From positions 23,929 through 87,928 of IMG/VR virus record IMGVR_UViG_3300027917_000032: 64,000 nucleotides of DNA; one strand, written 5' to 3'. Positions within the stretch are counted from its first letter, which is position 1. The number at the start of each line of letters is the position of its first letter. This stretch comes from a virus. Made by a program: the position numbers and the translations under genes. Below the pieces are notes generated by a model. The model ran no database searches. It had not been told where the DNA came from and worked only from the letters and a program-made list of their open reading frames with translations. This document shows positions 54,991-64,000 of the stretch, piece after piece.

Positions 54991-56799
54991 TTACTCGTCT
55001 GGAATCATTAGTACCGTTAGAGACAACCCAGTGCTACTGCTAATTGTCTCAGTGATGGGTGAACTCCGATAAAACGGCGTGGCCGACGATTTTCGCGCCT
55101 TGCCAATAACATTTTGGTCAGTGGACAAAGATCGCGTATCGCTAACTTGGCCCGAAACATTTGTAGTTTCATTGAAGATCACGGTCGTTGAGGTAATTGT
55201 ACCTGTCGCTGGACTTGTGGCCGTATCGGTCATTGTATAGGTGTAGCCATTTACACCAGTGACAGTGATTTGGTATGCCCCATTGTAGGCTTCTTGGTCT
55301 GCGCCTTCAATAAGTACCCAGTCATCAGTTGCCAATCCATGCGCCGTGTGCGAAACAGTAGCCGTTGTTCCTGAGCTAGTAATCGAAATCGACTCTTGGT
55401 AGTTCAAATCCCCCGTTGCGTCAGCCGCATATAACAGTACTCGCGCTCCAGAAATCACGCCAAAAGTAGTCGCATCTTTTACTGTGATAAGGGTGGTGAC
55501 AGGATTAGTAACAAATGTGACCGTGCTTCCGCCAGTATTATAGCTGTTCGCATATCCAGATGCGTTATTGACAAGGTAAATCGTGGCCGCTGATCCTGAC
55601 GTGTTATTCACGTCGTAGTTTCCGGCCTCGTCATCGAACACGAAATTGTCAAAGGTCGGGGTGGTGGAGTCACTACTGGCGTCGTATTCTACGCCATTAT
55701 CGCAGTTGTAGAAAAACAAGTCACTGATATTTGAATCATCAGATGGATACAGTAGGGCTCCCGTTGTCCCCACATAATTTCTAAACGTGCATAGCTCAAA
55801 AGTACTCGTGCTTGGATCAACTTGCTGGCAGTCGATGAAACTTGTCGATGTTACTTCACTCGTCGAAGCAAAATCGCAAGTCGAGGCTCTAATAAAAGTG
55901 GAGCCATCAATCGTCACATTACTATTCGTGTCGCTCGCGTCTACCGAAAAGCGCGTAGTGGCGGTCGAGCCCGCCCCTTTACACACCAAACGATTAACGG
56001 TAGCCGTACAGCCAGAGCCAGAGAACGTCAGCGTATAGAAGCCCGAAGCTACCTGACCTTCACCATCTGCATTTCGGTCCTTAAAAATGAGTGTTTCGTC
56101 GGCTGATTGAAAAGTAGTAGTCGTAGCGCCATTACCTATTAGCAACTTACCTTGACAAAAGATAACGCCGTCTTTGGTTTCCAAAATACCATAGCGATAT
56201 GTTGACGACTCATCAATAGCTGCCGCATCAGCCAGATCGAAGGTTGTGCCCGTGAGTGTCAGCCCGGTGCCGTAGCGTACAACGTCGTTCCACTGGTTGT
56301 CGATAATTCGGATATTGCCCGAATTGGAAATATCAACGTACCAAGTGATAACATCAATATCCGACAAACTCAATGTACCACTGCTCGCGTATACGTCCGT
56401 AGTGCTATTCACGTCTAGCACAAAGCACTTCCACTCACCGCCCCAGGTATCACTACCGGCGATGTGCCACTCTTTGTAGTTACCAGAGCCGTCTGTCAAA
56501 CGAATATGGTAGCCCGAGGTATTGGTTGTACCTGTTGTCTTAACCTCCATGAAAGGCGCTACGTCATTTTTAGCCCACCAATACAGGTGTGTGCCAGTCG
56601 CACTCATATCAAGATTAGTCGTCGGCGTGAACGTACACGAGGTACGTGAGTTTTTCGCCGCTTGCCAGGTGTATGAGCCATTCCCTTGAATCTTGACTTC
56701 AGTATCGGCATCGCCCGAATCACCTGACCATGTACCTTGGGACGAGGCGGTATCGGCATCGGATACTAGCGACAAATTTGCCGTCACTGTGACTGCCAT
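54991..56799 (-). CDS. fibre/adhesin-like virion protein with E1-FCCH-like domain
   Basis: Thr/Ser/Gly-rich; TATVSHTAHGLATDD..YNGAYQIT. Confidence 0.65.
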   Translation of the reverse strand: MAVTVTANLSLVSDADTASSQGTWSGDSGDADTEVKIQGNGSYTWQAAKNSRTSCTFTPTTNLDMSATGTHLYWWAKNDVAPFMEVKTTGTTNTSGYHIRLTDGSGNYKEWHIAGSDTWGGEWKCFVLDVNSTTDVYASSGTLSLSDIDVITWYVDISNSGNIRIIDNQWNDVVRYGTGLTLTGTTFDLADAAAIDESSTYRYGILETKDGVIFCQGKLLIGNGATTTTFQSADETLIFKDRNADGEGQVASGFYTLTFSGSGCTATVNRLVCKGAGSTATTRFSVDASDTNSNVTIDGSTFIRASTCDFASTSEVTSTSFIDCQQVDPSTSTFELCTFRNYVGTTGALLYPSDDSNISDLFFYNCDNGVEYDASSDSTTPTFDNFVFDDEAGNYDVNNTSGSAATIYLVNNASGYANSYNTGGSTVTFVTNPVTTLITVKDATTFGVISGARVLLYAADATGDLNYQESISITSSGTTATVSHTAHGLATDDWVLIEGADQEAYNGAYQITVTGVNGYTYTMTDTATSPATGTITSTTVIFNETTNVSGQVSDTRSLSTDQNVIGKARKSSATPFYRSSPITETISSSTGLSLTVLMIPDE

Positions 56800-56810
56800 G
56801 CTTTACTCGC

Positions 56811-58517
56811 TTAAACGTCAGGAGTGCGGATCGCGGTAGCACTACCGCCATTAGAGCCTAGTGTACCAGTCGTCTCAAAGGTCTTGATCGGCGTACCTCC
56901 ACCGTCACGAACGCGAATAAACAGCGTCCTATCCGAGTTATACACAGTTGTAAATGCTTCGTTTGCCGCCGCCGCCAGCTTATCAATGTACGCCAAAAAG
57001 ACATTGTTACCAGCCGTGGCGTCATCTGGGTCTTGCCAGTCGGAGGAGGCGATGGTAAACTCGTCATCGCCATCGTGGGCCGTATAAGCAACTAGTCGGT
57101 ATCGACCATCGTCCAATTGAACTCGCAACTGACCAGTAGAAGGCGTATCCGCAGGAATGTTCCCTGTGCCAACATTAACAGTGTTTTCGGCAGGACCACT
57201 CAGCGTAACGCCTAGCGTCATCTGATCGTAGTCAATATTTGACGAAGCATCATTCGTGACCAAGACGCGATCCTCACCACTCTCCAACCCGAATACTGTG
57301 AATGTCACGTTATTCGGAGGCAGAACTTGAGCATTGTTCAAGTCAAAAACTTTATCCGCCGCCGACAGATCAGCCTTTTCAATACCGACGCCATAAGCGC
57401 CAATGATAGCCGAGCCGGTCGAGACACCGATGAAGGGTGTGGAAATTGTCCGCTCAGTGACAGTCCCCGCCGTTCCTGTCGCGCCACCATTTCCAGTAAT
57501 GGTATTCGCGTTAGGCGGCACGCCTGTCAAGAGTTGCAGCCACAGTTTTGACGTAGAAGTAGCATCGGTATCGTCAACCGCCAAAAGTTGACCAGTACCA
57601 GCCGTTGCTCCCGTGCCCCAGGAAAGTGATTCGGGCTCAACCCAGGTGCCCGTACCTGGAGTGATAGCGACCTGATGCGTGATGCCGCGAAATAGCTCAC
57701 CGTTCAAGCCATACAGCGTCGAGCTAGAACCGTCCCGAGTAAGCCACTTCATTCGTTCGTAGAAGTCGTTGATCGAACGAGTTGGCTGATTAGTGTTCCA
57801 CTCGCTGTAGTAATACTCATCAACGCTATTGTTGTCTACGTCGATATTGGCATAACCTTCCGTTGTATTGGTAATACCAGTCCAACCTGAGACAGTACCT
57901 TCAGCCGTCTCATTGTTCAAGTCATTACTGTCAGTCAACGCAAGCACATTATTACCACGCGATGTGCCATTGATCTTGAACTCGGAGTAGGTGTTTCCAA
58001 ATGTTCTCGATGTACCAATGAGACGCCGACCATCAATATCGGCCCCTGCTGTGCGAGTCTTAATCATAAAACGGTGCGAGATACCCGCTGTTGCGTCCGC
58101 ATTAAGACCGCCCCCACCGAAATTCCACCAGTCGTCGCTCAAGACTGCGCCATCTTGAATAATCTGAATCTGCACGTCAGAATTGCCGAAGTTTACGATA
58201 CCATCGTAATATTCTTCGGTGCCACCCGTGCCCTGAATGATGGACCCATCATAAAGATGCTCGGCAGCCATATCGTCAATATTGTAACTGCCCTTCAACG
58301 TGATAATGTTGTCAGTGGATCGTTCAGATGGCGTAGCGTCCGTAATGTCTAATTGGTCATCGCCAGAACTCACTTCTTGATCTGCAAAGTCTTGCAGCCA
58401 ACGATGGAATTGAATCACAGTAGCGTAGCTAGGTGACGCCCCACCGTGGTCATCGCCAATATACCGAATATTTCCCGTGGACCGTGTGATAGTCCAGTCG
58501 CCGTCTACCATCGCCAT
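56811..58517 (-). CDS. fibre-like virion protein
   Basis: Gly/Thr/Asp-rich beta protein in fibre cluster. Confidence 0.6.
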   Translation of the reverse strand: MAMVDGDWTITRSTGNIRYIGDDHGGASPSYATVIQFHRWLQDFADQEVSSGDDQLDITDATPSERSTDNIITLKGSYNIDDMAAEHLYDGSIIQGTGGTEEYYDGIVNFGNSDVQIQIIQDGAVLSDDWWNFGGGGLNADATAGISHRFMIKTRTAGADIDGRRLIGTSRTFGNTYSEFKINGTSRGNNVLALTDSNDLNNETAEGTVSGWTGITNTTEGYANIDVDNNSVDEYYYSEWNTNQPTRSINDFYERMKWLTRDGSSSTLYGLNGELFRGITHQVAITPGTGTWVEPESLSWGTGATAGTGQLLAVDDTDATSTSKLWLQLLTGVPPNANTITGNGGATGTAGTVTERTISTPFIGVSTGSAIIGAYGVGIEKADLSAADKVFDLNNAQVLPPNNVTFTVFGLESGEDRVLVTNDASSNIDYDQMTLGVTLSGPAENTVNVGTGNIPADTPSTGQLRVQLDDGRYRLVAYTAHDGDDEFTIASSDWQDPDDATAGNNVFLAYIDKLAAAANEAFTTVYNSDRTLFIRVRDGGGTPIKTFETTGTLGSNGGSATAIRTPDV

Positions 58518-58530
58518 AATAGAACTCCGT

Positions 58531-59037
58531 TTATAGTGGGGTTACTGTGATGCTTGTCAACTTTCCGTTCGTGTACCCGAATGTGGAAAGTGTTTGTGTT
58601 TCAGTATCAGAGATGGTTTGAAGTTGTCCGCCACTGTATCCAAATGTCTTCGTGCCACCTGAAGTTGTTACTGTGGTTAGTTGGTCCCCAGTATACCCAA
58701 ATGTTGTATCTTCAGGTCCAACTGACGTGGACGCTATGGTAATTGTTCCGCTGCCGTGAGTAATAAGGATACCATTACCAGCCGACAGGGCTTTGTACTC
58801 TAATGCAGTGCCATCATTCTGAACACCGAGAAGTGTATTACCTGCCCCATAGTTCGCAATAACATCGAGTACACTTGAATAGGCATCAAGTACCTTTTCC
58901 AATGACCTGATTTCCGCACGGTAGCGAGCCGCGAACTCCACGTCTGGAGTCTTATCGGTGGTTATATCGGGATACTTCTCCGTAGTACCATCCCAGATAT
59001 TATCAGGAAAGATTGGGTCGGGCACAGACTTCGCCAT
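58531..59037 (-). CDS. virion protein, FP..WDG N-domain + YD-like repeats
   Basis: PIFPDNIWDGT; TFGYTGDQL, TFGYSGGQL, TFGYTNGKL. Confidence 0.55.
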   Translation of the reverse strand: MAKSVPDPIFPDNIWDGTTEKYPDITTDKTPDVEFAARYRAEIRSLEKVLDAYSSVLDVIANYGAGNTLLGVQNDGTALEYKALSAGNGILITHGSGTITIASTSVGPEDTTFGYTGDQLTTVTTSGGTKTFGYSGGQLQTISDTETQTLSTFGYTNGKLTSITVTPL

Positions 59038-59579
59038 CAGTCAAGCTCCGGGCTCTCCAGTACGTCTTGCAACTCCTTAACCTGCTCTGCTAGATGGTCA
59101 CATCGCGCTTCCATATCTCGACGCAACTTTGTCAAATTGACCCGCATACTGTTGGAAAGCACTTCCAGTGTATGCTCTGTCTCTGTCTTGAGTTTCTTGT
59201 AAGCGTCAATCAAAGATTGTGTTCGGAGAAAAAGTTTCTTTACGCCTCTCTTCAAGCGATCATGCTCACCTTTAACATCCGCTTCCTCGATTGCGGCTCG
59301 CAATTCGTCCACGTCTTTTTGAAGGTTTGCGGGTGGCGATAGCTGCTCCAAGTTCTTCACTAATCCCTTGACCTTATCCTTAGCTTCGTGGATTTCTTTG
59401 GCGACATTAGGCATAGCTTCCGTGCTGTCTGTTAAGTTCAAAATATAGCTTTGCGTCGCCTGCAACTCGTCAAGCATAGCCATCCAATCAGCGTGGTCTG
59501 GTCCTTTCACGTTGTCCAGATCAAGCCTGGACTTACTTCGACCGTCCCAAATTTTTTGCGGAAAGTTAGCCATGTTCAA
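59037..59579 (-). CDS. protein with FP..WDG N-domain + coiled coil
   Basis: NFPQKIWDGRS. Confidence 0.55.
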   Translation of the reverse strand: MNMANFPQKIWDGRSKSRLDLDNVKGPDHADWMAMLDELQATQSYILNLTDSTEAMPNVAKEIHEAKDKVKGLVKNLEQLSPPANLQKDVDELRAAIEEADVKGEHDRLKRGVKKLFLRTQSLIDAYKKLKTETEHTLEVLSNSMRVNLTKLRRDMEARCDHLAEQVKELQDVLESPELD

Positions 59580-59764
59580 ACCTCAATCGGCTTACTCGTG
59601 ATGAAACGGAGGGCCACATTCAAAGCACCTTGCACCGCGATGAGTACCGAAATCACTTCGGGATGCTCAGCAATAACTTCGTGCCCTACGGCATAGCCAA
59701 CCAGCCCAACGCCGAAAGTGAGCGCGTTGATCCAGAAAGTTTTGCTTGCGTACCATTTCTTCAT
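59576..59764 (-). CDS. putative holin (2 TM)
   Basis: KKWYASKTFWINAL...LNVALRFITSKPI. Confidence 0.65.
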   Translation of the reverse strand: MKKWYASKTFWINALTFGVGLVGYAVGHEVIAEHPEVISVLIAVQGALNVALRFITSKPIEV

Positions 59765-59776
59765 GGTTATCTCCTT

Positions 59777-60526
59777 TCAAAAGGATTCATCTTTGTATCG
59801 GTGACACGCACTTGATCGCGCCTTTACATTGAACAAATCTTGTAACTGGCACTCAAGGTGAGGATTATTGTCATCAATGGCGCATTGTTGTGCGAGTAAA
59901 TTCCGCAGTGAAGCAGTCGGCCAGCGAATTGTCTCGTCGGGACGGTAGAGAAGTGTCGCATCCTCGGGTAAGTCGTCACCTAGTCCCGGTGGCGGCGGCC
60001 CATAAAGTCCAAGTTCGTACATCACCGACCATGTATATCTGATTTTGTCCTGGCCGTTTTGCGTTGTCTCTACTGGAAGTGACGCGCCGGTATCATAGTT
60101 GTAGACATACAGGCTCCAATTTTGCCGCTTCACCGAGTCTCCAGTGTATTCAAAATAGATCGGCGGCGTCTTGAACGTCCCTCCTGAAAGTAACACATCA
60201 CCATCCGTGTACCCAGCTACGTTTGCCGTAAACTCTTGGTCTACGATAAGTTGAATACCGTTTAACGGAAACCACTCAGGGAGATATTGGGTGGCAAATG
60301 TCAACCCGTCCGAAACGCGTGTGAATTGCAATACTGCCGATTGGCCGGGAGGTACGTATCCCAGGTAGGTTTGCTTCTCGTCCATCGGCAAGTAAGCAGC
60401 ATTGTGCTCGGGGTCGGTGCGTCTGAGATGCCACTGCATCTCTTGATACGCAACACGTCGTTGCCCGATGTAGGGGTACTCCCCTATGACAACCTGATTC
60501 GCAAACCAGTCGGAAAAGACGCCCAT
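59777..60526 (-). CDS. paralog 1 of tandem triplet
   Basis: MGVFSDWF..RRVAYQE...WPTASLR..AIDDNNP. Confidence 0.75.
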   Translation of the reverse strand: MGVFSDWFANQVVIGEYPYIGQRRVAYQEMQWHLRRTDPEHNAAYLPMDEKQTYLGYVPPGQSAVLQFTRVSDGLTFATQYLPEWFPLNGIQLIVDQEFTANVAGYTDGDVLLSGGTFKTPPIYFEYTGDSVKRQNWSLYVYNYDTGASLPVETTQNGQDKIRYTWSVMYELGLYGPPPPGLGDDLPEDATLLYRPDETIRWPTASLRNLLAQQCAIDDNNPHLECQLQDLFNVKARSSACHRYKDESF

Positions 60527-60528
60527 AA

Positions 60529-61242
60529 CTACTCCACGTTCAAAAGATCGAGAAGTTGGTCTTCCAGTGCTGGGTTATTGTCCTCAATTGCTGCTTGCTT
60601 GGCGAGCATCATTCGCAACGACGCACTCGGCCACCAAGCAAGTTTGTCTGGAGTGTTCAGTAGCTTGAAGCCTTTGGGTAAGAGATGCCCTTGCGGTGGC
60701 AAATCGTACAAGCCAATGAGTCCCAGAGCGTACAACACTGCCCAAGTATAGCGGGTTGATTGCCCATGCCGGTATGTTACTGTGGCGAGCGGGCCGCTGT
60801 TGAAATAGGTAAACTCGCCCTGCAAGTCGCCCCAGTTTCGGAAGTCGCCGCCAACATAAGAAATAAGTAATGGCGACGTCGTGCTAACCGATCCACTAAT
60901 GCGTACAATATCACCATTCTGATAACCGGGAATAACGCCGTTGCAGCCGTTGTTAATGGCTGTGTTAACGACGTTTGGCTGTTGGTCATTACCCGTATCT
61001 ATCTCCGACGATGTAGCCTGAATACCATTAGGGTCCGTGATGGTGAGCGTGTACTTTGAAAACACATGTCCAATCGACGTAACGCCTTGTATCTCGTTTG
61101 AAAATTCAAAGGAGGGGTGCATATCTGCCGTATTACGCTTAATCAATTGCGTAATTTCTTGATACGCCACCCGTCTCGGACCCGAGCGGGGTGGAATACC
61201 TAATACAACCTGATTATCGAACCACTCTGAAATCGCGCTCAT
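60529..61242 (-). CDS. paralog 2 of tandem triplet
   Basis: MSAISEWF..RRVAYQE...WPSASLR..AIEDNNP. Confidence 0.75.
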   Translation of the reverse strand: MSAISEWFDNQVVLGIPPRSGPRRVAYQEITQLIKRNTADMHPSFEFSNEIQGVTSIGHVFSKYTLTITDPNGIQATSSEIDTGNDQQPNVVNTAINNGCNGVIPGYQNGDIVRISGSVSTTSPLLISYVGGDFRNWGDLQGEFTYFNSGPLATVTYRHGQSTRYTWAVLYALGLIGLYDLPPQGHLLPKGFKLLNTPDKLAWWPSASLRMMLAKQAAIEDNNPALEDQLLDLLNVE

Positions 61243-61943
61243 CGTCTTACTCGAAAAAGATCATTTAACCGTGCGCGAAGCTCGACGCTTTCATCCTCGA
61301 TACTAGCTTGTTCGGCTAACACTGCTCGAAGCGAGGCGCTCGGCCACTTAGGATTTTCACCAGGGGAGGTTAAAAGTGTCTCTGGCAACGTTCCCCACGG
61401 CGGCGGCTCTTTAATCATCCCCAAGCTGTGCATCACGGCCCATGCGTGTCGATTCGGTTGACCGTAAGTAGTTGTAAGATCGTAGTAATAGACAGGGCTC
61501 GGAGTGGTTCGCACGATCTTTAATGCGGCCCAGGGTTTACTCTGAACGGAAGTTCCACTGAGCGTGATTGAAAGATAAGGTGAACTCGTCAGCGAACCTG
61601 CGACAACTGCGTGCGCCTTGGCCCACGAGGGCACTTCTTGACTAAACGCTGTATCTACGGCATTTTCAACTTCTCTTTTGTCATCGACCCAGGAGATAGG
61701 GACGGATTCGTACACATTCCCAGACTTAAAGAATGTGAAGACGAATTTGCAAACTTCAAAAGTCTGCAAGCCTTCATTCATCTGGTAGACGGTGTTTCGC
61801 TCTTTGAAGTCGGCATCCGGCTCCGGGTCGAAGCGGCTTTCGAGCCGTTTAAGTTCGCGGTAGGCTTTGCGACGTGCCCCATTTTGCAACGCAGGGCCAT
61901 CAAACAGTGGTGTCACATAGATAAAATCGCTGTATACGCCCAT
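61239..61943 (-). CDS. paralog 3 of tandem triplet
   Basis: MGVYSDF..RRKAYRE...WPSASLR..SIED. Confidence 0.75.
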   Translation of the reverse strand: MGVYSDFIYVTPLFDGPALQNGARRKAYRELKRLESRFDPEPDADFKERNTVYQMNEGLQTFEVCKFVFTFFKSGNVYESVPISWVDDKREVENAVDTAFSQEVPSWAKAHAVVAGSLTSSPYLSITLSGTSVQSKPWAALKIVRTTPSPVYYYDLTTTYGQPNRHAWAVMHSLGMIKEPPPWGTLPETLLTSPGENPKWPSASLRAVLAEQASIEDESVELRARLNDLFRVRR

Positions 61944-61944
61944 G

Positions 61945-62466
61945 CTACTCCTGCTCCTGCGACGCGATGGCGGCTACGATCCGTTCGCTGATGCGGTCCA
62001 CAATCGACTCGTAACCGTCGATATGTTCAAGCTCGGCCATGAGGATGCCCACAATCTCTTGCGCGAGGGTAAGGATGGCCCCTTTAGACAACAGGTTGCC
62101 CAAGTTGACTTCCAACTTGTGACAACTCGTAATGAGGCGCTCAAGAGTGAGCAGATAGGTGTTCACGGTGCCGCAGGCTTGGAGGAAATCGGCGTTACTC
62201 TCCACCAGATTAAGCCGTCGCTCAATCATCGCGCGGGCCAGGGCGATCTCTTCGCGTAGCGATTTGAGTTCTTCAACCTGGCTGTGGCGTCCTGCGGCTC
62301 CCGCTGTGATCGGGTCGGTGAGAAGGTACGTCCGAAGGGACTGCTTGTTTTCGTAGTCAACGTCTCGCATGTGATACTCACAATAAGGTTTCCCATCCAC
62401 GGCGAGGCTGGTGCATTGGCCGTTCCGCCGCGTCGCCGCGCACCTTCTGGGATGGTTTGCTTGCAT
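61945..62466 (-). CDS. putative terminase small subunit
   Basis: N-terminal CAA..G.C..A..G..CEYH Zn finger, SLREEIALARA helix; first gene of the virion arm. Confidence 0.5.
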   Translation of the reverse strand: MQANHPRRCAATRRNGQCTSLAVDGKPYCEYHMRDVDYENKQSLRTYLLTDPITAGAAGRHSQVEELKSLREEIALARAMIERRLNLVESNADFLQACGTVNTYLLTLERLITSCHKLEVNLGNLLSKGAILTLAQEIVGILMAELEHIDGYESIVDRISERIVAAIASQEQE

Positions 62467-62472
62467 AGACGA

Positions 62473-62500
62473 TCCTCCATAGTATATGGTAGCTACGTTT
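62473..62500 (-). promoter_or_regulatory. conserved 28-bp operon-head motif, copy 3
   Basis: identical to copy 1. Confidence 0.75.
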
Positions 62501-62594
62501 GGGCAAAATGTAGCACGAAAAATCGGAAAAATCGGCAAAATCGGCAAATTTTAACACCCTCTCAGACGCCCCAGGAGGCCCGTAGAGGGCCGCA

Positions 62595-62659
62595 ACCCGC
62601 AGGGTGCCCTCGGACTACCCGCAGGGTGCCCAAGAGCACGGGGAACCCGCAGGGTGCCC
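62595..62659. repeat. 15-bp direct repeat x3
   Basis: ACCCGCAGGGTGCCC at 62595, 62617, 62645. Confidence 0.9.
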
Positions 62660-62892
62660 TCGATTTGACCCCGCCCCGGCTCCCGCTCTAGCTCTAGCTC
62701 CTGCGGGTTGCGGGTTCCCTCGGAGTTTTGACGCGTCAATACCTCAAAAGTGGGGTTCACAGCCCGTGGAAAGGGCGGCGGATGGGACCCCTCGCCAGAG
62801 GGGGTTACCCGCAAGAAATTTGACCCCTACCACCGGCACTACCGGTACACCCCTCCCAATCATCACCATCAGAACCCCCGCATCATCGTCAC

Positions 62893-63175
62893 GACCCCGA
62901 CAATCGTTACAATCCACAACACCGTCATACACGATACCATCGTCACCACCGACACAACCCGCAACCCGCGTGACACTTGTATCGGTTATGCCGGTTGTCC
63001 GGTTGTATCGTTTACATGAGTACTGCGGGTTGTGGCAGGAGGATGGATTGTCGGGGTCAGATCGTATAGATCGGTTGAGATGATTGGGATGATTGTGACG
63101 GTTAGGAGGGTTATGATGATTGGGATGGTGGTATCGTATACATGAGTGTTGTGGGTTGTAACGATTGTCGGGGTC
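62893..63175. repeat. imperfect long inverted repeat
   Basis: 30-nt arms 62893-62922 and 63146-63175 with 1 mismatch; partial third copy at 63930-63953. Confidence 0.85.
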
Positions 63176-63289
63176 CGCGATGCGCGGGGTGGGATTATGC
63201 CGGTTATACCTGTTAAAAAGTATTGGTGGGTTGTGCCGGTTGTGTAACTGACGCGCGGCAGACGGCGGTTCGATTGTAGTGGTTGTAAT

Positions 63290-63740
63290 CGACGCGTCGG
63301 ATAGGATGGATCGGCGTGTTATGACGTTTCATCCACTAAAAACGACTTTTATCCTACCACTTTCGGGGGGTTCATCCACTGTCCGCGCGACGCGGCGAAA
63401 TCAGATTATGCCGATATTTCCAGTGTTTCTGTCTTTTACTTTTACTATAGTGGATAGAATTGAGTGGATAGAAAGAAAAAAAAGATATGTAGAGATAGAA
63501 ATAATAAAAATATCTGTAGGGAGAGTTTTGTGCGCCATCCACTATTTCATCCTATCTGACGCGTCTATAACGATTTTTCAGCCTGCAAAAATAGGGGTTT
63601 CCGCACAACCCCCAAGACTCATACCCCCCATATTAGGTAGGATAGATGCCTGAAAATAGTGGATGAACCCCCCGAAAGGGTTAGGATAAATCCGATAATC
63701 GGCACAATCCATCCACTGAGAAACCCCTACTTTCAGGGGG
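63290..63740. repeat. iteron-rich non-coding element B (inverted homolog of A)
   Basis: identical blocks AGTGGATAGAATTGAGTGGATAGA and AAAATATCTGTAGGGAGAGTTTT. Confidence 0.75.
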
Positions 63741-63958
63741 ATACCCCTACTTATGAGGGGTCCGGTCATACTGGTCCTAACGATTATGCCCCTCATAGGT
63801 GGGGGTGTAAATACATAGGGGGGGAGGGTGCGATTGCACTAATAGGGGAGGTTGTAACACCCTAAACGATTACACTAATGCCACCCGAAAGTAGGGTCTT
63901 GCGGGTCGCACCGCACCCCTCATAAGTAGGGGTTGTAACGATTGTCGGGGTCCGCTCC

Positions 63959-64000
63959 CCGCCTGCCGCCTGCCGCCTGCCGCCTGCCGCCTGCCGCCTG
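63959..64000. repeat. 7-bp tandem repeat, at least 6 copies, runs off the window
   Basis: (CCGCCTG)6. Confidence 0.95.

Noticed and set aside
59777-61943. Diversity-generating retroelement behind the paralog triplet
   Set aside because: No reverse transcriptase and no near-identical TR/VR pair seen
62595-62659. Spaced direct repeats as a mini-CRISPR
   Set aside because: 15-bp repeats with 7 and 13 nt spacers are too short; no cas genes
1-64000. Stop-codon reassignment, introns or inteins
   Set aside because: Core genes are intact and densely packed under the standard code; no splicing signatures seen

Overview
Fragment of a large tailed-phage genome (siphovirus-like: tape measure, major tail protein, frameshifted tail chaperone, no sheath seen), standard genetic code, no integrase in the window. 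There are three transcription units. (1) A leftward arm (22013->1) carries ParB, putative SSB, SNF2 helicase, a sigma70-driven accessory operon (metallophosphoesterase, NDP-sugar C-methyltransferase, HMW1C-like GT41 glycosyltransferase, RNA ligase, two sulfotransferase-like genes), an RNA cluster, a second ParB and a family A DNA polymerase. (2) A short rightward unit (22676->26974) carries an AEP primase-D5 helicase, a DUF5664 dNTP diphosphohydrolase and a DEDDh exonuclease. (3) A leftward virion arm runs 62466->26971. All three units start with the same 28-bp motif. Highlights: a phage protein glycosylation/methylation/sulfation toolkit; a candidate endolysin-free lysis cassette (Tat-exported papain-like protease, exported thioredoxin, membrane proteins); a TLACY N-terminal leader shared by scaffold and capsid; two inverted, diverged copies of a ~440-bp iteron-rich element 41 kb apart; and a promoter-driven ~130-nt structured RNA plus a tRNA-like RNA with an aberrant anticodon loop. 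All family calls come from visual motif recognition, not database searches. Several starts were moved from the ORF track to the RBS-supported codon.
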